The notes under the pieces: generated by a model
What the model was told of the DNA's origin: nothing
Seen by the model: only the letters and a program-made list of their open reading frames with translations
Databases searched by the model: none
Program-made: the position numbers and the translations under genes
Shown here: in pieces, positions 8,359-20,300 of the stretch
Layout: each line of letters opens with the position of its first letter
How positions within the stretch are numbered: position 1 is the stretch's first letter
NCBI RefSeq assembly: GCF_000582685.1
Contig: NZ_KK073768.1
Location: 2,308,074-2,348,073 of the forward strand
DNA from: [Scytonema hofmanni] UTEX 2349
Lineage (GTDB): Bacteria > Cyanobacteriota > Cyanobacteriia > Cyanobacteriales > Nostocaceae
Length of the DNA stretch: 40,000 nt
Direction: 5' to 3'

Positions 8359-11300
8359 TGAGTGGGGAGTCAAATAACGTGCAGAATCTGTCCTCTTTAC
8401 AGCGTTCAGTTTTGCTGATTGAAAAATTGGAAGCGAAGATTAAGCGCTTAGAGTCTGCTAGGACAGAACCAATTGCTATTATTGGTATGTCCTGCCGTTT
8501 TCCGGGAGGTGCTGATAATCCTCAACAGTTTTGGAAAATTTTACACTCAGGTATTGATGCGGTAACAGAAGTTCCTGCAAATCGTTGGAACATAGCAGAT
8601 TATTATGATGAAAATCCGCATACTCCTGGGAAATTTTATACAAAATCAGGGGGATTTTTATCAGATGTAGATCAATTTGATCCTCTTTTTTTTGGGATTT
8701 CTGCCAGAGAAGCCGTTAATATAGACCCCCAACACCGCTTACTATTAGAAGTAACTTGGGAAGCATTAGAAAATGCTGGATGTATCCCCCAACGAAACCA
8801 AGGCAGTCCTACAGGAGTTTTTGTCGGTATTACCCTGAATGACTATGGTTCGATCGCTAAACAAACCAGATCCGATGTCAGTCAAGAAGCTTACGGAGTC
8901 ACAGGTTCACCCTCCTATGCAGCAGCAGGACGGATTTCCTATACTTTTGGCTTTACGGGTCCTTGTATGGCTATTGATACCGCTTGTTCATCTTCCCTAG
9001 TAGCCATTCATCAAGCTTGTCAAAGTCTTAGACAACAAGAATGTCAAATGGCGATCGCTGGAGGAGTGAACCTAATCTTACTCCCTGATAGCATGATTGC
9101 CACCGCTAAGGCTGGTATGCTGTCTAGTGATGGTCGTTGTAAAACCTTTGATGCTACTGCTGATGGTATTGGACGTGGGGAAGGATGCGGAATATTAGTT
9201 CTTAAACGTCTGTCAGATGCACAAGCTAATGGTGATAATATTTTAGCTGTAATTCGCGGTTCAGGAGTCAATCAGGACGGTCCTAGTAGTGGGTTTACAG
9301 TGCCTAATTGTGCTTCTCAGCAACAAGTCATGCGTCAAGCCTTGAAAATGGCGCAAATAGAACCTGCTGAAGTTAGTTATGTAGAAGCTCATGGTACAGG
9401 AACACCTTTAGGAGATCCCATAGAACTGCGTTCATTAGCAAAAATCTATGGTTCTCATCGTACTCACGATAACCCCTTATTCGTTGGTTCGGCAAAAACT
9501 AATATTAGTCACGTAGAAACGGCTGCCGGGGTAGCAGGAGTAATTAAAGTTATTTTACAATTACAACATCAACAGATTGCCCCCCATTTACATTTAAAAA
9601 ATCCCACAAATCACTTTAACTGGGAAGATTTTCCTTTAGTTGTTCCCACCCAAATTACACCCTGGCGCGTACAATCTGGTAGCCGCATCGGTGTGGTAAA
9701 CTCATTTGGGGCTACAGGAACTAACGCTCATATTGTTTTAGCAGAAGCACGAACACCATTAAAACCGGAAAATTCTGGTTTATTAGAGCGATCGCTCCAT
9801 TTATTAACTCTTTCTACCAAAACAGAACCAGCATTAAAAGATTTAGTAACCCTTTATCAAAATTGGTTTAAACAAAATACAGATTTAAAAATAGCTGATA
9901 TTTGCTATAGTGCTAACACAGGTCGCTCTCACTTTAAGCATCGTTTAGCTTTACTTGTGGCTGAACCTCAAGAATTAGCCGCAAAACTCCAAAATTTAAC
10001 CATTAGTCTGTCACAAGAGCAAAATACTGAAGAAAGTTCTAGCATTGCCGGAATGTTTCAGGGACAACTTGCTGCTAATAGTAGTGTACCTAATGTTGCT
10101 TTTCTGTTTACCGGTCAAGGTTCTCAGTATATTGATATGGGACGGGAACTTTATCAAACTCAACCCCTGTTCCGGCGGATTTTAGAGCAATGCGATCAAA
10201 TTCTACGTTCCGAGTTAGAAAAACCCCTATTAGAAATTCTTTACCCCCAAAATACAAATCAATCTCCATTTTCCCTAATTGACCAAACAAATTATACTCA
10301 ACCTGCCTTATTTGCCTTAGAATATGCCTTAGCTCAACTATGGATTTCCTGGGGAATTAAGCCTGCGGTGGTGATGGGTCATAGTGTGGGAGAATACGTA
10401 GCCGCTTGTATAGCCGGAGTCTTTAGTTTAGAAGATGGGTTAAAATTAATTGCTGCTCGTGGTCGTCTCATGCAGTCATTACCCCAAAATGGGGCGATGT
10501 TGGCTGTATTTGCAGATGCAAAACGGGTAGCAGAAATTATTGCTCCTTATCAAAATAGAGTTGCGTTGGCGAAGCCCGCCGTAGGCATCGCTGCCTACAA
10601 TGGAGCGCAAAATATTGTCATATCTGGGGAAAATCAGGCAATAGCAGCCATTAAAACCACCCTAGAGGCAGAAGGAATTGAAAGCCGCCCCCTGAACACC
10701 TCTCACGCCTTTCATTCACCTCTAGTAGACCCGATTTTAGAGCAGTTAGAACAAATTGCCAATCAAATAGAAATCCATCCTCCCCGCATTCCCATTGTTT
10801 CCAACTTAACAGGAGAAACATTATCAATCAATCAACCCTTAAACGGAAAATACTGGCGACAGCATAGCCGAGAAGCCGTAAAGTTTACCACAGGATTAGC
10901 AACATTAGTAGAAAAAGGCTATGAAACCTTTTTAGAAATTGGAGCAAAGCCCGCCTTGTCTAAAATGGGGCAGAGATGTAAATTAGGTGATAACCTCTTG
11001 TGGCTTTCTTCCCTAGTAGCAGGACAATCAAACTGGGCAACATTATTCAATAGTCTAGCTCAATTATATGTGCGTGGTGCAGAGGTGAATTGGTCAGGAT
11101 TTGATCAAGATTACCCACGCCAAAGATTTATTTTACCTAATTATCCTTTTCAACGTCAGCGTTACTGGTTGAAAATACCAAATGCAGATATGTCGTCCCA
11201 AAAAGCCATTGCAACTGCACCCATGAACGGAGAGGTTCCAGAACCAATTCCAGAACCAAAACCCCATACCTCTGCATCCTCAAAACAAGAACAAATTATC

Positions 11301-14300
11301 AAACTCTTACAATCTCTGATTGCTGAAGCACTGCAAACATCTCCAGACACAGTAGATATTCATACCCCATTAGTGGAAATGGGTGCAGATTCTATCGTGT
11401 TTATGAAAACAGGACAGCAGTTAGAATTGGACTTTGGGGTACGCATTCCTATCCGCAGATTATTTGAAGACTTATCTACGTTAAATGCTTTAGGTACTTA
11501 CATTGGCGAAAATCTACCAGCCGAATTTAAGTTTACTGATAATTTTACTGACAATCAACCTGTATCGCCACCTGTAACTTCAGAATCTCCAGATCCCCAG
11601 ACTGAGAACAAAGCAGTAGAATCTGCACTTAGTCAAATTCCTCCCACAGCAGAACCAGTTGGTACTACTGCTTTAGAGCGGATCATGAGTCAGCAATTAC
11701 AAACTATGTCTCAACTCATGTCCGAACAGTTAGCAGTTTTAAGAGGAGAAACTACCACCACACCACCACAGTTTATTCCTAACCAGAATCCTGTTAACTC
11801 ACCACAGACAACAATTAAAAACACTAAACGTCAGGAATTTTGGGAACGACGCGAATATAAACCCACATTAAGCGATATTCAAGACCAAGCTGCTAATTTT
11901 CCGCTAACTGTACCAACTAATAAAGAAATGCAATTTAGTCTTTATTATTTTGGCAGTTACGATGCAGAATTTACTCAAGATAAATATAGCCTTCTGTTTG
12001 GGGGAGTAGAATACGCAGACCAAAATGGCTTTACCTCTGTATGGCTACCTGAGCGTCACTTTCATGCTTTTGGTGGTTTTTCTCCTAACCCTTCTATTCT
12101 CTGTGCTTCTCTGGCTAAAGTTACCAAAAATATACAACTGCGGGCTGGTAGTGTAGTTTTACCCCTACATCATCCTGTGCGAGTAGCCGAAGATTGGGCA
12201 ATTATTGATAATATTTCTCAAGGACGAGTAGGAATTTCCTTTGCTTCCGGTTGGCATCCCCATGATTTTGTCTTTGCCCCAGAAGCTTATGATGACCGTC
12301 GAGAAATTATGTTTGAGGGCATCGAAACAGTACAAAAACTCTGGCGCGGAGAGTCAATTCAGCTACTTAGTGGTTCTGGTAACATGGCTGAAATCCGTAC
12401 CTTCCCCATGCCTCAGCAAAAAGAGTTACCTGTTTGGGTAACAATAGTTAATAACCCAGATACTTACATGAGAGCCGGGGCAATGGGAATCGGGGTTTTG
12501 ACTAACCTGATGGGGCAAACTGTAGAAGATTTAGCCCGTAATATTGCCATTTATCGAGAATCACTGGCACGTCATGGTTTTGATCCCCATGTTGGACGAG
12601 TGACATTATTGTTACATACTTATATTGGTACGGATATTCAACAAGTACGAGAAAAAGCCCGCAAACCATTCCAAAATTATCTCACCTCCTCTATTGGTCT
12701 ATTTCAAAGTTTAGTGAAAAGCCAAGGTTTACAGATGGCTGATTTTGAAAAGATGAGCGAGGATGATAAAGATTATATTCTGTCCGCAGCTTATGACCGT
12801 TATGTACAAACCAGTGCTTTAATTGGCACACCAGATTCTTGTATTGAAATTGTGGAAAAACTCCTAACTATTGGAGTTGATGAAATTGCTTGTTTAATTG
12901 ATTTTGGGGTGGAAGAAGAAGCTGTATTAGCCAGCTTACCCCACGTTAAGACTTTGAAGGAACGGATAAATAAAGTTAAAACCGATGATTGGTTTTATCG
13001 CTTAGATTGGCAACAACAGCCCCGCGATCTTCCTTTACAACCATCTCCAAAATCTGGACATTGGTTAATTTTTGCGGATGTCCAAGGTGTAGGCACAGCT
13101 TTAGCGCAACAATTACAGGTAGATGGTCAAACCTGTACGCTGATTTATCCCCAAGGTAGCAGTATTTCATTACCTAACGGGGCTTTGGAAATAGATCCTA
13201 CTGACCCAAAAGCTTTTAACCAACTTTTACAAAATCAACTTACAGCTAGTGAACTTCCCCTAAGTGGAGTTATTTATCTTTGGAGTCTCAACAGCCCATT
13301 ATCTCAGCAATTGACAGTTGATTTACTCCAGCAAACTCAACAAACGGTTTGCGGTGGTGTATTGCATTTAGTTCAAGCTTTAGACCAACAACCAGAGTTA
13401 AAAAATGCTTGTTCGCAAATGTGGCTAATTACACAACAAGCGGTTGCATCAGACAATACCGCACCAACAGGCATTGCTCAAGCATCCCTATGGGGATTCG
13501 GTCGAGTTATAGCCCTAGAATATCCAGAATTGTGGGGTGGTCTGATCGATATTGATAGGGATAATACCACAGCACAAGTAGAGCAAATATGGCTAGAAAT
13601 TAGAGCGCAACTGGGGAAAAAATCACAAGCTGAAGATCAGGTTTTATTACACCAAGAAAAACGTTATGTTGCCCGTTTAGTCCGTCAAACTGTTGGTAAT
13701 TCTGATATTAATAATTCCTCTGTTAATTTAGATCTAAAAGGCACTTATTTAATTACAGGTGGTTTGGGTGCTTTGGGTATTCGGTTAGCACAGTGGTTAG
13801 TTGATCGAGGAGTGCATCATTTAGTTTTGTGTGGGCGTTCTGCTCCTGCGGCTAAAATTCAAAAAACCATCACTCAGTTACAGCAACAGGGTATACAAGT
13901 GATAGTGGCTCAGGTAGATATATCTAAATTTAATGATTTATCTGAGTTGTTACAACAAATTCAAGGTAAAAATCAAGACAACTGTCCGCCACTGCAAGGG
14001 ATTTTCCACTTAGCTGGGTTGTTAGATGATGGGGCATTATTCCAGCAAACTTGGAAACGGTTTGATGCTGTATTTGCTCCTAAGATTTTAGGTACTTGGA
14101 ATCTTCATGTTTTAACTCAAGAACTGCCACTTAAACATTTTGTTCTGTTTTCTTCCATCGCTTCTTTATTGGGGTCTCCCGGACAAAGTAATCATGCGGC
14201 AGCTAATGCTTTTATTGATGCTTTAGCTCATTATCGTCAAGCTAATGGCTTGCCTGCTGTGAGTATAAATTGGGGTTCTTGGACAGAAATCGGGAAAGTA

Positions 14301-17300
14301 ACCAGATTAGAAGGATCGCAACAACAACGCTGGCAAGAATATTTTGATAAACTTTGGCGTAGTTATGGTATGGAGGCGATCGCCCCTAAAGCCGGTTTAC
14401 ACGCTCTGGAACAACTACTCAATCAACCTCCTGTACAAGTTGGGGTATTTCCCATTGATTGGTCTAAGTTCTGTGAGTCTCTGGGGGTTGAACAAAAACC
14501 TTTACTACTCTATTTAACCCAACCGGAAACAACATCAACAAGCACTTCCCCTATTAGGATTCCCTTAAGTGAAGCTCAAAAGCAACTGTGGCTATTAGCG
14601 CAAATTGTGGAAGAAGGGTCAATTGTCTATAATGACAACGTAAACTTAGAATTATGTGGTGATTTACACTTAGAGATTTTAAAAGAATCTATACACACTG
14701 TTGTGGAACGACAGGAAGCCCTCCGCACGATTATTGATCCTCAAGGAGAATGGCAAGAAATTCTACCAACTCTCAAAGTAGATATTCCCTTGGTTGACCT
14801 TTCCAGTACCAAGGATGAACAGGAGCAATGTTTACAAGATTGGTTGATTCAACGCAGTCAAAAGCCCTTAAATCTAACCACAGATCCTTTATTTCAAGTG
14901 GAAGTGTTGAAACTAGGACAACAGCATCATGTTCTAGTAATCACTGTTCATCACATTATTTCTGATGGTTGGTCTATAGAAAATATCCTCAAAGAAATTG
15001 CTCTGATTTATTCTGCGCTTTGTGAGGGGGCAGATGTTAAATTAGATACTCCCTTACAATTTCGGGAATTTCTCCACTGGCAAACCAACCGCAGCCAAAG
15101 TTCGGAAATGTTAAGCCATGAGTCCTTTTGGTTAGAGCAGTTTGCTGATTCTATTCCGGTGCTAGAACTGCCTACAGATCGGACTCGTCCCCTCCGCAAA
15201 ACTTATCATGGCAACCGTCAAACCCGTATCACTCCACCCCATCTGCGGGAGCAGTTACGGCAGTTTAGTCAGGGTCAAGGATGTACATTATTTATGACTT
15301 TGCTGGCTGCCCATTTTGTGTTGCTGCATCGTCTTAGTAGACAAGCAGAAATAGTTGTAGGTATTCCTACGGCTGGACGATTTCTTGCTAGTAGCGAAAC
15401 AATGGTGGGATATGCAACGCATTTATTACCTATCCGCAGTTGTTTTCAAGCAAACCTGTCTTTCTCAGCTTATTTGGCGGAAATTCGCAGCAGATTATTG
15501 GCAGCTTATGAACATCAAGATTATCCTTTTGCCCAGTTATTAAAGCAACTCAATCTAAAAACTGATAGTAGCCGTACTCCTTTGGTATCTGTGACATTTA
15601 ATTTAGAACCGCCTGTACCTACAGTGTCGTTGAAGAATTTAGACACGGCAATGATGTCACGACCTGTTAGCTTTACTCACTTTGACTTGCATTTTGTAGT
15701 GATTGACATGGGCGATCGCCTGATTTTGGAGGCAAAATATAATACAGATTTGTTTAATGATGCTACCATTGAGCGTTGGTTAGGTCATTTCCAAACTTTG
15801 TTAGAGGAAATCATTACCCAACCAAATCAAGAGATTGCTACTTTACCATTATTAACTCAGCTAGAACGTCAACAATTGTTAATAGACTGGAATTCTGGGT
15901 TAACACAATATTCCTCAGCACATTTAGAAACAGAATGTGTTTATCAACGTTTTGAAAAGCAGGTTAGTCAAAATCCTGATGCTTTAGCAGTGGTATTTGC
16001 AAAACAAAATTTGACATACCAGGAGTTAAACACAAGAGCAAATCAACTGGCTGTACATTTACGCAACTTAAATATTCCATCAGCTGGACGAATAGTTGTT
16101 TATGCTGAACGTTCTTTGGTGGCTTTGGTGGCTATATTGGGAATCTGGAAAGCAGGAGGGGTTTATGTTCCTATTGATGCTGCTAACACACCCCCTCAGC
16201 GTTTGGCGCTACTGCTAGAGGATATTCAACCAACTGCACTGTTAACTCAAACATCCTACAAATCAAATTTACTGGCTTCTCTCTCTTGTCCGGTGGTATT
16301 TTTGGACAAAGAAGGGAATGATAACTCAGAAAATCAATCACCAGAAATTCTCGACCCTAATTTTCCCCAGGTAACACCCGATGACTTAGCATATATTATC
16401 TTTACCTCTGGTTCTACAGGTCAGCCCAAGGGAGTAGCCATTAAACATCGTCATCTAGCTGCTTATACTACCAGCATGACTCAGCGTCTAGGTTTGCAGT
16501 CTGGTATGAGTTTTGCGACAGTATCCACTTTTGCGGCTGATTTGGGTTATACCGCGATTTTCCCCACATTGTGTACAGGTGGAACATTACACATCATTAC
16601 TCAGGAAACGGCTACTGACCCTCAAGCCTTAGCTACATACTTTAGCCAACATCAAATTGATTGTTTGAAGATTGTACCTGCTCACCTCAACGCTTTGTTA
16701 GAAGGTGAAAAATCATCACAAGTATTACCCCGACATACTCTGGTTTTAGGAGGAGATACCCTTGCTTGGGAGTTGGTGGGGAAAATTCAAACTTTAGCAC
16801 CGCAATGTCGGATTTTTAATCACTACGGACCTAGTGAAACGACGGTAGGGGTTTTAACTTTCCTGATAGATGATCAGCATTCGCCAAAATCATCTGCTAC
16901 TGTTCCTATAGGTCGTCCCCTGCCTCATGTCTGCGTTTATATTTTGGATCAGTATCAGCAACCCGTCCCGATTGGAGTTCCCGGAGAATTATATATTGGG
17001 GGTGCAAGTGTAGCGCCAGGATACCTAAATCGGGCAGAATTAACAACCGAGAAATTTATCCTTAATCCTTATTCTACAGAAACTGGCGAAGGCGATCGCC
17101 TTTACAAAACTGGAGATTTAGCCCGCTATCTCCCAGATGGTAATATTGAGTTCCTGGGCAGAATTGATAATCAAGTAAAAATACGGGGTTATCGCCTGGA
17201 ATTAGGTGAAGTAGAATCTGTGTTAAATCAGCATCCAGGTGTGCAACAAGCTGTAGTTTTGGCTTGGGAACAAGAACAAACAGGAGAAAAACGTTTAGTA

Positions 17301-20300
17301 GCTTATTGGGTGGCGGTAAAAACAGCAGGTGTTAGTGTTTCCTCCCAAGAATTACGTCAGTTTTTACAAGCAAAAGTACCTGATTACATGATACCGAGTA
17401 GTTTGATCAGGTTAGAGAATATTCCCTTAACGGCAAATGGTAAAATAGATCGTCGAGCGTTGCCCTTACCAGAACAAGATTTAAGTCAAGAAGTAGATTT
17501 TATTGCTCCTCGCACACCCACAGAACAGGCGATCGCAGATATCTTTGCCACTGTTTTACGGTTAGAATCAGTAGGTATTAACAATAACTTCTTTGAATTA
17601 GGCGGTCATTCCCTCTTAGCAACTCAGGTCATCTCACGACTACGGGAAACCTTCCAAATTGACCTACCTTTAGTTAGTTTGTTTACATCGCCTACCGTCG
17701 CGGGAATTGACTTAATTATTCATCAGCAAATGCAACAGGGTATAGTCAAAACTGCCCCTCCTATCACAGCTGTACCCCGTACTTCAAACACACAATTACC
17801 TTTAAGTTGGTCACAAGAGCGACTGTGGTTTATTGAACAATTAGAAGGGGCAAATGCTACCTATAATATGCCCGCCGCAGTTCGTCTACAAGGTAATCTC
17901 AATATTTCAGCCTTAGAACAAGCACTAGGGGAAATTGCCAAACGTCATGAAGTGCTAAGAACTGCTTTTAAATCAGAAGATGGTAAAGCAGTACAAGTGA
18001 TTTTCCCAGAGGCTACACTGAGCTTACAAACAATAGACCTACAGAATTTAACTAGCTCAGAACAGGAAAACAGTGTACAAAAACACATCATTGAGGAAGC
18101 GAAAACCCCCTTTGATTTGTCCCAACCTGCCTTAATGCGGGCTACCCTGTTACAGCTTAACCCTCAATCTTACGTGATATTAATCACAATGCACCATATT
18201 GTTTCTGATGGTTGGTCAGTAAGTATTGTAGTGCGAGAGTTGTCAACTTTATATCAAGCCTTTGCCCAAAACCGTCCTTCTCCACTGCCAGACCGGAATA
18301 TTCAATATGCAGATTTTACCATCTGGCAACGTCAATGGTTGACAGGAGAAGTATTACAAACCCAATTAAATTACTGGCAAAATCAGTTAGCAGGTAATTT
18401 ACCAATTTTGAATTTACCCTTAGATTATCCCTTATCTGCAAAGCAAGACTATCAGGGAGCGCAACAGAACATATCCATTAAACCAACCCTAACTAAAGCT
18501 TTGAAAGCATTGAGTGACCAAGAAGGGGTGACATTGTTTATGACCCTGTTTGCGGCATTCAATGTGTTGTTGTCCCGTCATACAGGACAGGAAGATATCA
18601 TTATTGGTTCACCAATAGCAGGACGTAATCATTTAGGTAGTGAAGATTTAGTTGGCTTCTTTATTAACACCTTACCCCTACGTACTAATCTGGCAGAAAA
18701 TCCCAGTTTCCAACAATTATTAAAGCGTGTCGGGGAAGTGACATTAGGAGCTTATACTTATCAAGATATTCCCTTTGAAAAGTTAGTAGAAGAATTACGC
18801 ACAGAACGAGTATTAAACCGTCATCCTCTATTTGATGTGTTGTTCAACTTTGTCAACACACCAGAAGCAGTTCTAAACATGGGGGATTTGACTTTTGAAC
18901 GTTTACCCCAACCCGAACCCTATTCCAAATTCTGGCTAACATTTTATATTCGCCAAGTTGGTGAAGCGTTAAATATTGAATTAGTTTATCGTCAAAGTTT
19001 GTTCACATCTGAAAGGATGAAAGCTTTATTAGAGCAATTTGTGGTTTTATTAACACAAGTAGTAGAACATCCTCACGAGACAATTCAATCTTATTCCCTC
19101 TTATCTCCTCAAACTGCGGCTTTAATACCTGATCCCTCTTTACCTTTGCCAGAACCAGACTATGAACTGGTAACAACATCATTTATTAACTGGGCTAAAC
19201 AAAGTCCTGAACAAATAGCAATCCGTCAAAATGGTAAAAAATGGACTTATGGAGAATTAGCAACAGCAGCCGAAAACATAGCCCAAGTTTTGATGAGTCA
19301 GGGGTTAAAACAAAAAGATGTAGTGGCATTATGGGGAGAACGTAGTTTTGGTTTAATTGCAGGTGTATTAGGGATTTTCCTGGCTGGGGGAGTGCTGTTA
19401 ATTATTGATTCTAACCTGCCACCACAAAGGCAAAACCTGATGTTAGAGCAAACCCAAGCGCGTTATTTAATTAGCATTGGTGAACCATCTCAGGTTGCTC
19501 AAGTTGTGGAAAAACAATTAAAGATGATTGCAGTTAATCCTGATACTGCTGCAACTGGGGAAGAAATGGTTAAGAGTGACATAGCGTTACCGACTCTTGC
19601 AGCCAAAGATCCAGCCTACATCTTTTTTACCTCTGGTAGCACGGGAACACCAAAAGGAGTATTAGGAAATCATCAAGGTGTTGCACACTTTATTCATTGG
19701 CAACGTCAAACTTTTGAGATTAAAGCAGGCGATCGCATTGCACAATTAATTGAACTTTCATTTGATGCAATCCTCAGAGATATTTTTCTACCCTTAACCA
19801 GTGGTGCAACCCTTTGTTTACCAGATCAATACTACATACCCGGTTCACCGCAAATTTTAACTTGGTTAGATGAAGAGCAAATTTCTGTTTTTCACACCGT
19901 TCCAGCCCTAGCTCAATCTTGGTTACAAAACATCCCAGAAAAAGTAACATTGAGTTCATTACGTTGGGTATTCTTATCAGGAGAACCCTTAACTCAATCT
20001 TTAGTTCAACAATGGCGACAAACCTTTGCACAAGCAGGAAATATTGTCAATCTTTACGGTGCTACCGAAACCACAATGGTAAAATGCTTCTATCCAGTAC
20101 CCCCAGAAATTCCCGCAGGAGTTATGCCTGGAGGTTGGTCTTTACCTGAAACTCAAATTTTGATTTTAAATAGCAAAAATCAACTGTGTGGAATTGGAGA
20201 AATTGGGGAAATAGTCGTGCGTACTCCCTTCCGCACCTTGGGTTATATTAAACCAATTCCTTCTCCCTTTGTCCTCAATCCATTCCGCCAAGATCCGCAA

